A stretch of DNA of 64,000 nt from Tolypothrix carrinoi HA7290-LM1 (GCA_019358935.1 JAHHIK010000027.1:13802-77801); one strand, 5' to 3'; counted from the stretch's first letter, positions 21,858 through 32,156 are shown. Notes: generated from the letters alone by a model not told the origin. Numbers and translations are program-made.

Positions 21858-23141
21858 ATGAAACCTGCCCTTAGTAAAATTGGCGAGCAAATGTCCCACC
21901 TGACTGGTGTCAGAGCGATTATGAAGGACATTAACGAAACATTACGAGCCGGTGCGGGGCAGCAATTTATTAATTTGAGTGCTGGGAACCCGTTGATTTT
22001 ACCAGAGGTTGAGCAGTTGTGGCGCGATTGTACGGCAGAATTGCTGGCTAGTTCCGAATATGGTGAAGTGGTTTGTCGCTACGGTTCGAGTCAGGGTTAT
22101 GCACCGTTAGTGGAAGCGATCGCTAACGACTTTAACAAACGCTATGGTTTAAATTTAAGCGATCGCAATATTCTTTTAACTCCCGGCAGTCAAAGTCTTT
22201 ATTTCTACGCTGCCAATGTCTTCGGCGGTTACACTAGCAGTGGCGATTTAAAAAAAATCGTCTTGCCCCTCAGCCCTGATTATACAGGTTATGGTGGCGT
22301 TACTTTATGTGCTGAAGCTTTAATCGCCTACAAACCAACTTTGGATATTGACGCAGGGGCACATAAATTCAAATATCGCCCAGATTTCAATCAACTGGAA
22401 ATTACAGAAAACACCGGCTGCGTTATCTTCTCTCGTCCCTGTAACCCCACGGGTAATGTTCTCACCGATGATGAAGTGAAGAAAATCGCTGCTTTGGCTG
22501 CACCTTTTAATGCACCAGTATTGATTGACTCAGCTTATGCACCTCCGTACCCGGCGTTGAATTTTACGGAAATGACACCAGTGTTTGGAGATAATATCTT
22601 ACACTGCATGAGTTTATCGAAAGTTGGATTACCCGGAGAGCGCATTGGCATTGCGATTGGGGATGAAGAGTGGATTCATGTGCTGGAGTGCTTCCAAACA
22701 AATATGTGTATTCATCCTTCTCGGTATGGACAAGCGATCGCTGCTCGCGCTATCAATTCTGGTAAACTTGCAGAAATCTCTGAACAAGTCATTCGCTCAT
22801 TTTATCAAAATAAATTCACTGTTTTAGAAGAGAGTTTATTTGCCGCCATGCCCAAGGATTTACCTTGGTTCCTCCATCGTGGGGAGGGTGCAATTTTTGC
22901 TTGGTTGTGGTTGGATGAGTTACCAATTACTGATTGGGAATTTTACCAGGAACTCAAGCAAGTGGGTGTAATTATTGTTCCTGGTAGTAGCTTCTTCCCC
23001 GGTTTGCGAGAAGATTGGTTACACAAGCACCAATGTTTGCGAATCAGTCTCACCGGTAGCGATGAAGAAATTGCTGTGGGAATGCAGCGTTTAGCAAAAG
23101 TAACGCAACAAGTTTATCAGCGTGCAGCTGTAAGTGCTTAA
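21858..23141 (+). CDS. avtA: Valine--pyruvate transaminase
   Basis: GVRAIMKD, LSAGNP, SRPCNPTGN, IDSAY, SLSKVGLPGERIG, EGAIFAWLW. Confidence 0.9.
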   Translation: MKPALSKIGEQMSHLTGVRAIMKDINETLRAGAGQQFINLSAGNPLILPEVEQLWRDCTAELLASSEYGEVVCRYGSSQGYAPLVEAIANDFNKRYGLNLSDRNILLTPGSQSLYFYAANVFGGYTSSGDLKKIVLPLSPDYTGYGGVTLCAEALIAYKPTLDIDAGAHKFKYRPDFNQLEITENTGCVIFSRPCNPTGNVLTDDEVKKIAALAAPFNAPVLIDSAYAPPYPALNFTEMTPVFGDNILHCMSLSKVGLPGERIGIAIGDEEWIHVLECFQTNMCIHPSRYGQAIAARAINSGKLAEISEQVIRSFYQNKFTVLEESLFAAMPKDLPWFLHRGEGAIFAWLWLDELPITDWEFYQELKQVGVIIVPGSSFFPGLREDWLHKHQCLRISLTGSDEEIAVGMQRLAKVTQQVYQRAAVSA

Positions 23142-23200
23142 GGGAGACAGGGGGGACAAGGGGGACAAGGGGGACAAGGGGGACAAGGGGGACAAGGGGG
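23142..23200. repeat. 9-mer tandem repeat (gggggacaa)n
   Basis: Directly visible after the avtA stop. Confidence 0.85.
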
Positions 23201-23276
23201 ATTGTTGAATGCTTTTATTGCTATTGGCAAAGCTTTTCTGTACAACTGGTTCCCCTTGAGTTTTAACTTTTGACAA

Positions 23277-24023
23277 ATGAACAATTCAAAACCGAAAAAT
23301 CCTAAATCTAAAATCCAAAATCCCAAATCCAAAAATCCCAAATCGGAAAATCCCAAATCGGAAAATCCAAAATCCAAAATCCAAAATCCAAAATTGGATG
23401 GTTGGCTGGAAATTGGTAAGATTGTCGCACCTCAAGGTTTGTCTGGAGAGGTGCGGGTTTATCCGCAGTCGGACTTTCCAGAACGTTTTGAGATTCCTGG
23501 AAAACGCTGGTTATTGCGTCCGGGTGCAGCCCAACCGCAACCGATAGAATTAGTCAGGGGACGTTATATTGATGGGAAAAATTTGTATGTCCTCAAGTTA
23601 GCTGGTGTGGATAATTGCGACTCTGCAGAAGAATTACGCGGTTGTAAGTTGCTAGTCCCTGAAAGCGATCGCCCGGAATTAGGAGAAGATGAATATCATG
23701 TGGTTGATTTGATTGGTTTGCCTGTTTTTATGCAAGAATCAGGAGAACTCGTGGGTACGGTGGTTGATATCATCCCCGCTGGAAACGATTTGCTTGATGT
23801 GGAGTTGCATCAGGAGGAGGAGAAAGGGGGACAAGGGGGACAAGGGGGACAAGGGGGACAAGGGGGAGAAGGAGAAGCTTTAAGCCAAAATCCCAAATCT
23901 AAAATCAAAAATCCGAAGTCTGTTTTAATTCCGTTTGTGAAAGCGATCGCCCCGGTGGTAGACTTAGAAAATCGTCGGATTGAAATTACACCGCCGCCTG
24001 GTTTGTTAGAAGTTAATGATTAG
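23277..24023 (+). CDS. rimM: Ribosome maturation factor RimM with repeat-derived N-terminal extension and internal insertion
   Basis: [43 protein letters not shown]...VVD...IEITPPPGL. Confidence 0.93.
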   Translation: MNNSKPKNPKSKIQNPKSKNPKSENPKSENPKSKIQNPKLDGWLEIGKIVAPQGLSGEVRVYPQSDFPERFEIPGKRWLLRPGAAQPQPIELVRGRYIDGKNLYVLKLAGVDNCDSAEELRGCKLLVPESDRPELGEDEYHVVDLIGLPVFMQESGELVGTVVDIIPAGNDLLDVELHQEEEKGGQGGQGGQGGQGGEGEALSQNPKSKIKNPKSVLIPFVKAIAPVVDLENRRIEITPPPGLLEVND

Positions 24024-24126
24024 GTAGTTGTAGAGTTTTTTAAACGCAAAGGAAAGCGGAGGAAAGCGCACTCGTAACGCAGAGTTTTTTTTGAAAATCG
24101 TCGGATTGAAATTACATCGGTGTCTG

Positions 24127-24660
24127 TCAATCTCCTACTCCCCGCACGATATGGTGTAATTGTCCTTGGGGGAAGCGAAACCAAATAGCGATCGCTAATT
24201 GCGCTTTACAATCGCGATGAACAGCATAACGAAACCAGCATATCTGGAAATAGCGATCGCCTTCATAAGTTAAAAGCCACGTTTTTTCGTAGCGGACTAA
24301 ATCCTTAACTAAATCAGAAGTTGTTTTTTCGAGGAAATTAGCAAAGGCGATCGCATCTTCGAGATGTTTCTTGATACCCTGTGGTAAATACGTTTCTGCA
24401 TATTGCCAAAACAAAGCCGTAAAATCTTTACCCAACACTTTCGCTGTTCGCGGTAATAATTCCCGCACTTCTCCTAAGCGCTTCCACTTAAGCGAATTGG
24501 CGAAGATATTAATTTCCCGTGCAGATTGCGCGAGTTGCTGCGCTTCATCATCACTCAATTCAAACTCAGTAGCAACTTGCGGGTTAGCAAAAAAACGCTC
24601 TCGGAAATTTGTATTGGTGTAAAGCTGGGCTAAAACTTGCTGCGTTTGTGCTAATCCCAT
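24127..24660 (-). CDS. Putative MNIO partner protein (DUF2063-like/RRE-type)
   Basis: Overlaps the DUF692 stop; LAQLYTN..FRERFF, SLKWKRLGEV..LLP.T, DA.AFA.FL, DLVRYE patterns resemble DUF692-adjacent partners. Confidence 0.6.
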   Translation of the reverse strand: MGLAQTQQVLAQLYTNTNFRERFFANPQVATEFELSDDEAQQLAQSAREINIFANSLKWKRLGEVRELLPRTAKVLGKDFTALFWQYAETYLPQGIKKHLEDAIAFANFLEKTTSDLVKDLVRYEKTWLLTYEGDRYFQICWFRYAVHRDCKAQLAIAIWFRFPQGQLHHIVRGVGD

Positions 24661-25484
24661 CTTTGATGACTCCTACCAATTTCCCTTGCGTGTTGCAATT
24701 CCGCTGTTAATTCGGCAAAGGTAGGCAAATTTTCATCTCGTTCTAACACAACACCTTTAACAGGCATTTTGGCGACAACTTCATCCATCAGTTTCCACAC
24801 TTCCACAGGCGTTGACTGGGAATGGCTATCAATTAATATACCATCATGCCAATGTCCACCAACGAAATGTAATTGTACCACACGTTCCCAAGGTAATTCT
24901 TGCACAAAAGCTTGGATATCATAATTGTGGTTGATTGCATTAGTATAAATATTTGTTACATCCAACAGCAAACCACAATCAGAACGTTCGACAACTTCAG
25001 TTAAAAACTGGGCTTCTGTCATCTGGGCGCCGGGAAGTGTCACCATATAAGTGATATTTTCTAGAATTAACGGCACATCAACGAAGCCACGCACTTGGGC
25101 AATATTGCGACAAAGCACATCTACGGCTTCATAAGTATAAGGTAGCGGCGACAAATGCCCGATATCAACTCCACCCGCTTTGGTAAAGCAGATATGCTCA
25201 CTCCACCAAGGTGGGTTAAGTTGGTTAATTAGTGCAGCTAATTTGTGGAGATAATCTGTATCTAAACCTTCAGCACTGCCTAAAGATAAGTTGATAGCGT
25301 GGGGAATTATCGGGAAATGTGCTGCTAAGAGTTCTAATTCCTGCTGTTTTTGCGAAGTTGCATCTAGATAATGTTCTGCAACAATTTCTAGAAAGTCAAC
25401 TTGCTGACGGTGCAGAAATAAGTCACTTTTGAAAGGTTCGCGAAAACCCAACCCTACACCTAATGTTGGTAAATGAGAAAGCAT
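24651..25484 (-). CDS. DUF692 family multinuclear non-heme iron oxidative enzyme (MNIO)
   Basis: GVGLGFR, FLEIVAEHY, HAINLSLGS, WWSEHICF, LILENI, LLLDVTNIY, QLHFVGG, IDSHS, VVLERD. Confidence 0.93.
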   Translation of the reverse strand: MLSHLPTLGVGLGFREPFKSDLFLHRQQVDFLEIVAEHYLDATSQKQQELELLAAHFPIIPHAINLSLGSAEGLDTDYLHKLAALINQLNPPWWSEHICFTKAGGVDIGHLSPLPYTYEAVDVLCRNIAQVRGFVDVPLILENITYMVTLPGAQMTEAQFLTEVVERSDCGLLLDVTNIYTNAINHNYDIQAFVQELPWERVVQLHFVGGHWHDGILIDSHSQSTPVEVWKLMDEVVAKMPVKGVVLERDENLPTFAELTAELQHAREIGRSHQRWD

Positions 25485-25531
25485 TGGTTATATTATTAAA
25501 TTTGAAAAATTCGTAGTCAGCGCAAAGAGCG

Positions 25532-26545
25532 CTAACCCCCACAACCACCACAACCACCACAACCCCCACCGCAACCCCCACCGCAAGAACTACCGCTACT
25601 ACAACCACCACCACAACCACCACCAGAATCACTAGTTGAACTAGTTCTAGTAGTAATTACAGGTGAAAGGATTTTTTGAAAGTAGTCGTAGTGAGTCCCT
25701 GCAAGTGCATCAAAGCCAAAAAGTGCCACAACCAAGTTGTAATCAACTTCCGAAGCGACGACAGTTTTTACCCGCTGCTTTAACTGAAAGAAGGTTTCTT
25801 TGAGTTGTTTGAGATAAGCTTCTCCTAAGCAAGTGCGGCGTTGTGCTACCTTACAAATACTCCACAGAAAGTATAGCGACAAAATGCCCATAAGGATGAG
25901 ATAACCGACATTATGGCGTCCGTGTATCAAAGCTACTATTAACTTAAAGCTACCCAAACCGACAATAATCAGTGTCCCTATCAAAGCAATCTGCCATTTT
26001 TTTGCTTTAATTTGTTCAGAATTTAAAAGTTGCTCATTTTGCAGTTGTTGTTGATAAACTGTGCAATGAGGCTGAATGTGTTCGGTTAACAAACTCACGG
26101 TTGTTATTGGTGTGCGCGGGGTAGAAAACCAGTCAAATGCTTCGCGCTGTATTGGTGTAAGGTTAGATAAATCGGGATGATTCTTAGCTTGCTTGATGGA
26201 ATTTTCAGTTATTTCTAAATAACTTTGTTGTATCAAGTCAATAACCGCTACCTTAACAACTCCTCTGGCTTCAGAATGCAAGTAAGCTATTTCGTAAGGA
26301 TCTGGTGCTGTGGGAATTAACGGTAAAGCTTGATTTTTGGTTGGTTGCACAAGCCTTGCGCTGACAAAGAAAGTGATGGTAATAACACAACCATACAACA
26401 CCAGGAAGTCTGAACCATGCATATTTGCAATCGAACTGGATGTGGGAATAGCGATCGCGCACATCATCACTAATACACCCAAAATACCAATCAGCCTAAA
26501 TATCGGCGTTTCTGCTTTCGAGTTTGGGATGTCTTCACGCAGCAT
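25532..26545 (-). CDS. TIGR04222-type membrane protein with Gly/Cys C-terminal tail (7 Cys)
   Basis: ANMHG.DFL.LY, PYEIAYL, KL.VAL..GRHNVGYL, RT..G..YL, VALFG; tail GGGCGGGCSSGSSCGGGCGGGCGGCGGCGG. Confidence 0.88.
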   Translation of the reverse strand: MLREDIPNSKAETPIFRLIGILGVLVMMCAIAIPTSSSIANMHGSDFLVLYGCVITITFFVSARLVQPTKNQALPLIPTAPDPYEIAYLHSEARGVVKVAVIDLIQQSYLEITENSIKQAKNHPDLSNLTPIQREAFDWFSTPRTPITTVSLLTEHIQPHCTVYQQQLQNEQLLNSEQIKAKKWQIALIGTLIIVGLGSFKLIVALIHGRHNVGYLILMGILSLYFLWSICKVAQRRTCLGEAYLKQLKETFFQLKQRVKTVVASEVDYNLVVALFGFDALAGTHYDYFQKILSPVITTRTSSTSDSGGGCGGGCSSGSSCGGGCGGGCGGCGGCGG

Positions 26546-26642
26546 ATTTTTAAGCTTTGAGCTACCGTATTAACAAGTTAAATTTCTTAATTACACATTG
26601 TAGCACACGTATATATATAGGAGATTTCCCTTAAATTTAGCT

Positions 26643-27620
26643 TTAACCACCCCCACAACCACCACAACCACCTCCACAACCACCCCCACAGCCACCACCA
26701 CCCCCGCAGGAACTACCACCCCCCCCACTAACATCGGCATTTGCGGTTGCTGCTGAGATGTGAAATAGCTTTTCATACTCAGCGAAAGGACTAGCTGCTA
26801 GTATCGACACGCCAAATACAGCTACAGGCAACAAGATATTATTCAAGTCTCCAGAATTATCTGTATGATTAGATACTTTATTTTTTAGTTGTGCAAAGGT
26901 TTGCTGTAATGCTTGTAAGTAAGCTTTTCCGCGATCGCTCAGTCGTGGTACTTTGCAGACATTCGTCAAAATAATAATGGAAATGATAGCCATGATGATG
27001 AGAAACATCACATTAGAATGTCCATTCGCCAGTGCTATTATCAACTTGTAGCTGCCCAAACCTAAAATAATTAATTTCCCTTTCCAAGCAATACGCTGTG
27101 CAACTGATGAAGCTTTATCTGATGATAGTAATTGCTCATTTTGTAGCCGTTGTTCATAAAAAGCGCAGTGTTGTTTTACCTTTCTAGAGAGCGATAACTT
27201 AAAAATCTGATTAGCCTTGCGTGGTGAAGAGAATTGATTTAACACGTCACGTTCTAATGGTGTTAAAATATTCGTATTAGGGCGATTAATTGGTTGCTTG
27301 ATATTCTGTTTATCAATTTCTAAGTAACCGCGTTGAATTAAATCTAAAACAACCAACCGCGTTACCTCATTTTCTCCACCCCGCAAATAAGCAATTTCCA
27401 GAGGTTCGGGGTTAGTGGGAATTAATGGCAGAGGTAAATTTGCCTCTCTGTCGCGCTGTAGACTCAATCGACACACCAGCAACGTTACTCCAATCACAAA
27501 AGCATAAAATAGTAGAAAAAGCGGTCCATGCATATTAGCAATTGGGTTAGCAATTGGGTTACTGATAACTACAATTACTAACATAGCCAAAATACCAAGT
27601 AGCAACTTATCCATCACCAA
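26643..27620 (-). CDS. TIGR04222-type membrane protein with Gly/Cys C-terminal tail (5 Cys)
   Basis: ANMHGPLFLLFY, EIAYLRGG, KL.IALANGHSNVMFL, VAVFG; tail SSCGGGGGCGGGCGGGCGGCGGG; AGGAG RBS favours start at 27614/27617. Confidence 0.88.
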   Translation of the reverse strand: MVMDKLLLGILAMLVIVVISNPIANPIANMHGPLFLLFYAFVIGVTLLVCRLSLQRDREANLPLPLIPTNPEPLEIAYLRGGENEVTRLVVLDLIQRGYLEIDKQNIKQPINRPNTNILTPLERDVLNQFSSPRKANQIFKLSLSRKVKQHCAFYEQRLQNEQLLSSDKASSVAQRIAWKGKLIILGLGSYKLIIALANGHSNVMFLIIMAIISIIILTNVCKVPRLSDRGKAYLQALQQTFAQLKNKVSNHTDNSGDLNNILLPVAVFGVSILAASPFAEYEKLFHISAATANADVSGGGGSSCGGGGGCGGGCGGGCGGCGGG

Positions 27621-27796
27621 TACTCCTTTTGATGAGTTTCCCTGACAGTTTGCTACACAACCAGTTGCAACTTTTTCGGAAAATTATTTTATTTCACATC
27701 TTGTATTCAGCGATTAAATCGCGTTGCACCACGAAATACCCGCAAGACAAAAGTTTGAAACCCTTGATTTATCTGAAGTTTAGGTAAACGCGAATT

Positions 27797-28636
27797 CTAT
27801 TTGTCAAGCGAATAAGTCGAAATTCCATCTTCTACGCTTGAGTCAATGACACCAGATAACTTTGTACCGCAAGCTTTACAAAATTGAGCATCTGCATCGT
27901 GGAAACCTAAACCACAACCCGGACAAATGGTTTCTATCTGATTAACAGTTTTTACCAACCGCTTAATTAAATCACCCACTTGCCAAGGAATCAAGGCAAT
28001 ACCTGTTAAAATCATCGATACTGTCAGCAAGCGACCTAATTCAGAAATTGGGGTAACGTCCCCAAATCCGACAGTTGTCATGGTGACAATCGAAAAGTAA
28101 AACGCATCCAAAAAAGTTCTGAAAACTTTTGGGTTAACTGGATGCTCAACTTGATAAATTAAACCGGAGTAAATAAATATTATTGTAAATAACGTAAATA
28201 ATATCCGCCCCAATATTACACCATCTTCGGTGTTGATATTACCAAAAAAAGATTTCTTATCTATAAATCTGATTAACCGTAAAATTCTAAACCATCGCAG
28301 CAACCGAATAAAGCTGATATCAGCCGTTCCCAGAAAAAATGGCAAAATCGCCATTAAATCAATTATCGAGTAAAAGCTAAAAATATACTTAATTTTGTTG
28401 TCTGTACTCCACAACCGGAGTAAGTATTCTACGGCGAAAATTATCAATATTACGGTATCTACTATATTTAATTGAAATCTAACTGCATTGGGAATAGTAT
28501 AAGTTTCCGCTACAAATATTACTGAAGACAGTAGAACTAATCCAGCAATTGTGAGATTAATTGCTTTACCTACAGGTGTTTCTAAGTCTGTTAGGTAGAA
28601 TGCTGTTTTTTTTCGTAGAAGTAACATTTTTGACAA
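27797..28636 (-). CDS. Voltage-gated-type potassium channel / ion transporter with C-terminal CxxC...CxxC
   Basis: S4-like RLLRWFRILRLIR; pore TMTTVGFGD; CPGC...CKAC. Confidence 0.92.
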   Translation of the reverse strand: MSKMLLLRKKTAFYLTDLETPVGKAINLTIAGLVLLSSVIFVAETYTIPNAVRFQLNIVDTVILIIFAVEYLLRLWSTDNKIKYIFSFYSIIDLMAILPFFLGTADISFIRLLRWFRILRLIRFIDKKSFFGNINTEDGVILGRILFTLFTIIFIYSGLIYQVEHPVNPKVFRTFLDAFYFSIVTMTTVGFGDVTPISELGRLLTVSMILTGIALIPWQVGDLIKRLVKTVNQIETICPGCGLGFHDADAQFCKACGTKLSGVIDSSVEDGISTYSLDK

Positions 28637-28732
28637 ATTGCTTGTAAATAACTTTACGAATGATTAGAATAAACGCAATAGCCAACTCTACGTTAACTTA
28701 CAAATATAAAGCTGTCCCATTTTTAATTATTT

Positions 28733-29154
28733 ATGAAACCTGAAGATTTTATGCGCCTAGCGCTAGAACAGGCAAAAAAAGGAGATGCACGGTGCGGTGA
28801 TTGTTAAAGATAATCAAGTGGTTGCAATACTCTTATGATACAGTGAGGCAAGATAGCGATCCATCTGCTCATGCTGAAGTTAATGTAATTCGTCGTTTAA
28901 TAGCTAAGTTGAAAAATCCTTCTTTAGAAGGTTATATTATCTATACTACTGGCGAACCTTGCCCGATATGTGCTACTGCTTGTGTTTGTCCGGGTTTATC
29001 AGAAATTGCTTATGGTGCTTCGATTGAAGATTTAATTTCGGTAAATCAGCCGCAGATTAATATATCTTGTGATGAGGTTATCGCTAAGTCATTTAGAAAG
29101 ATAAAGGTGACAAAAGGGGTTTTGAAATAAGAATGTCTTAATTTATTTAAATGA
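28733..29154 (+). pseudogene. Nucleoside/guanine deaminase pseudogene
   Basis: MKPEDFMRLALEQAKKGDA, frameshift, GAVIVKDNQVV, second frameshift, DPSAHAE...EPCPIC; premature TAA at 29128-29130 followed by ECLNLFK*. Confidence 0.8.
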
Positions 29155-29391
29155 TAATTCACGCACTAGTAAATATTAAGTAGGGTCCGGCTTAAAGCGG
29201 TGTGGATATTCCTCCCGCTTTATTGCCGTTGTGTTACGGCTATGTAATGATTTGAGAGTTTGAGAGAGTGAGGATTAGCCGTAACGCACCATATTTATCG
29301 GTGCGTTAAGCGTTGCTATAACGCACCCTACAATTTCAGCTTTACTTTATAAATTATCTCTAAGTTTGTTTAAATGATAATTCACGCACTC

Positions 29392-30045
29392 CTAATTTAA
29401 ATAAGCTGAAAATGTGTTAGCAAAAATCGCTGCTTGCGTGCGATCGCGTAAATTTAATCTATTCAAAATATTTGTAACGTGATTCTTCACCGTTCCCTCA
29501 GAAATGTATAATTTCTGAGCAATTTCTCTATTATTTGCACCTGTTGCGATTAACTGCAAAACGTCTTTTTCTCTAGGGGTAAGTTCAGCTAAACTAGGTG
29601 GTGGTGGGGGTAACACAGATGCTGTTACTGTGGGGAACTGAGTCAAAAGTTTTTTTACTATTCCCGGTCCTAGTTGAGTATATCCTTTGTGGACGGCGCG
29701 AATCGCCACAGCTAATTCTTCTGAAGGTGTATCTTTAAGTAAATAACCCATTGCTCCATTCTGCAATGCCGCTGTCACATATTCATCATCATCAAAAGTT
29801 GTCAACACTAAAACTTTGACTTTGGCAAAACGCTTGTGAATTTCTCGCGTAGCTGCAACTCCATCCATAATCGGCATTCTCACATCCATTAATACCACAT
29901 CTGGTTGCAATTGAGCAATAAAATTAATTGCTTGTTCACCGTTTTCAGCTTCGCCAATAATTTCTAAATCTGCTTCTAATTCCAATAATGCTTTTAATCC
30001 TTGGCGAATTAAACTTTGGTCATCTACAAGCAACACTTTAATCAT
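29392..30045 (-). CDS. NarL/FixJ family response regulator
   Basis: MIKVLLVDDQ, VLMDVRMP, LTTFDD, YLLKD, LTPRE...ISEGTVKNHV. Confidence 0.95.
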   Translation of the reverse strand: MIKVLLVDDQSLIRQGLKALLELEADLEIIGEAENGEQAINFIAQLQPDVVLMDVRMPIMDGVAATREIHKRFAKVKVLVLTTFDDDEYVTAALQNGAMGYLLKDTPSEELAVAIRAVHKGYTQLGPGIVKKLLTQFPTVTASVLPPPPPSLAELTPREKDVLQLIATGANNREIAQKLYISEGTVKNHVTNILNRLNLRDRTQAAIFANTFSAYLN

Positions 30046-30090
30046 ATCAATTTTAATTTTTTGGATGTTAGTGAGTTCCAGACCTTCTTC

Positions 30091-30124
30091 AGATCCCCGA
30101 CTTCGCAAGAGTTGTCGGGGATCT
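30091..30124. repeat. Dispersed palindrome between kinase and regulator
   Basis: agatccccgac...gtcggggatct. Confidence 0.7.
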
Positions 30125-30187
30125 AACTTTAGTTGGGCGGTTCGTTAATAAAAAGACTTGTTTTCTACAACACAAATACAATTAATA

Positions 30188-31390
30188 TTATAAACGTAAA
30201 AAAGGAACATCAACTGTTATTTTACAACCCAAACCGGGAGCGCTATTAATCTGAAATTCACCTCCCACTGCTAAAGTGCGATCGCGCATACTTTGCAATC
30301 CAAAACCAGTTGTATTTTGCTCTACATCAAATCCTCTACCATTATCCTCAATTATTAAATTTATATTTGTTGTTGTCGTAGTTAATTGTATTTTAACTTC
30401 TGTAGCATTTGCATATTTAGAGATATTTGTCAATGATTCTTGAATAATCCTGTAAACAGCGGTGCTAACTTCGGGTGGTAGGGGATAAGCGATAACTATT
30501 TGACAAATTGGTGCCACACTTGTTGAACGGTAAAATATAGCTGCAAGTACAGCGATCGCTTGTTCTAAAGATTCAGAATGCAAAGGGTGAGAGCGCATTG
30601 TCGAAACTGATTGTCGCACATCTTGCAATGCTTTTGAACCTAATTCTTTTGCTCTCGCCAAAAAAACTTGAGCTTTGCTCGGATTAGATTGCGATAACTT
30701 TAAAGCCGTTTCTAATTGTAGATTTAAAGCAGTGAGAGAATGTCCTAAAGAATCATGAATTTCTCGTGCAATGCGGTTACGTTCTTCGAGAGTAGCTTGA
30801 TTTTCAATTTTCAAAGCATATTGTCGCAGCTTTTCGTTAGCGATCGCTAGTTTTTCTCGACTTTGCCGTTCAGATAATACTGCATTCATTAATAACAATA
30901 CAAAGACTAAAGCTAATCCAAACGAAAGCATAAAACTGAATGTCAAAAACCAAAATCGCTCTTGTGCCCTTGGTGGTAATGGAAATCGAGAAAACCGTTG
31001 GAAGACTGTTATTAAAATTAAGATAAATGATAAACTGGCAACTACTAAACGACCAGGAAACTGAAAGATTAAGCAACTGCGAGTTACTATAATCATATTA
31101 AGAAAGGGAAACAGTCGAGCAGTTCCACCCCCCAAAAAAGCAGTTATTAAAATTAAGATTATTTCCAGAGCCGTATACAGTAATTTATTTCTTTGATTAT
31201 TAGTGGGCAATCTTAAACCCATTAAACCAAAAATCGCCAGACAAGAAATTGTCAGTTCCGGAAAATTGGTCTGAAATTTTTCAGACCGAAATGGTAAAAC
31301 TGCGCTGATAGCAGAAAACGCTAGTAATATCCACTCTAAATAAAGCAGAAATCGAAAAGGATGATTTTTAAATTCAATTGGGCGGCTCAT
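30188..31390 (-). CDS. Membrane sensor histidine kinase (HisKA_3 type)
   Basis: ERNRIAREIHDSLGH, YRIIQESLTN..KYA, DNGRGF, GFGLQSMRDR. Confidence 0.95.
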   Translation of the reverse strand: MSRPIEFKNHPFRFLLYLEWILLAFSAISAVLPFRSEKFQTNFPELTISCLAIFGLMGLRLPTNNQRNKLLYTALEIILILITAFLGGGTARLFPFLNMIIVTRSCLIFQFPGRLVVASLSFILILITVFQRFSRFPLPPRAQERFWFLTFSFMLSFGLALVFVLLLMNAVLSERQSREKLAIANEKLRQYALKIENQATLEERNRIAREIHDSLGHSLTALNLQLETALKLSQSNPSKAQVFLARAKELGSKALQDVRQSVSTMRSHPLHSESLEQAIAVLAAIFYRSTSVAPICQIVIAYPLPPEVSTAVYRIIQESLTNISKYANATEVKIQLTTTTTNINLIIEDNGRGFDVEQNTTGFGLQSMRDRTLAVGGEFQINSAPGLGCKITVDVPFLRL

Positions 31391-31572
31391 TATTTGCCAT
31401 GCTCCAGTTATTAGTAAAGAGTCACTCATTCAAGAGTCCCTCATTCAAGCGCCAAGAGTCAACAGTCAAAAAAATTGCTTTTAACTCCGCTCCTCCTAAC
31501 TCTTAACTCTTAACTCTTAACTCTTAACTCCTAACTTACACAAATTACTAGTCACATTTATCAAATTTTAAT

Positions 31573-31588
31573 CATGACTTAAGTCATG
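31573..31588. promoter_or_regulatory. Perfect 16-bp palindrome, candidate operator for the NarL-type regulator
   Basis: CATGACTTAAGTCATG in the divergent kinase/Spy intergenic region; 12/14 core match at 32247-32260. Confidence 0.6.
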
Positions 31589-31676
31589 GGTTTATTCGTG
31601 ACTTTTTCCGCATGTCATTCTAACAGATACACTTATATGATGGTGACAGCAAGCTAGCAAAGCCAACAACTAATCA

Positions 31677-32156
31677 ATGAAACTTAAAAGTTTATCCTTG
31701 ATAGCCGCAGCGATCGCCCTCAGTTTAAGTGCAACTCCTTTCGTCGTCAACGCGCAAAAAATATCGCAAACACCTACACAAGTTAAACCAGCTCGCAACG
31801 GTCCATTTGAACGCTTGGGACTAAGCGAAGAACAAAAAACTAAAATTAAAGAGATTCGTCGCAATAGCCGCGCTCAAATGGAAGCGATTCTTACCCCAGA
31901 ACAAAAACAACAGCTACAAGCTGCAAAACAAGCACGTCAGGGTCAGCCTCCCGAACAAAGAAATCAAGGTCAGCGTCCAAAAAGGGGTTTTGCTTCTTTA
32001 AATCTAACTGAAGAACAGAAAACCAAGATGCGCGAAATTAGGGAATCAGAGAAAAATCAGATCCAAGCAATCTTAACTCCCGAACAGCAGCAACAACTCA
32101 AGCAATTTCAAGATAATATGCGATCGCGTCGTCAGCGACCCAATTCAAGCAACTAA
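31677..32156 (+). CDS. Spy/CpxP (LTXXQ) family periplasmic chaperone
   Basis: Signal peptide; LSEEQK, ILTPEQ, LTEEQK repeats. Confidence 0.88.
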   Translation: MKLKSLSLIAAAIALSLSATPFVVNAQKISQTPTQVKPARNGPFERLGLSEEQKTKIKEIRRNSRAQMEAILTPEQKQQLQAAKQARQGQPPEQRNQGQRPKRGFASLNLTEEQKTKMREIRESEKNQIQAILTPEQQQQLKQFQDNMRSRRQRPNSSN

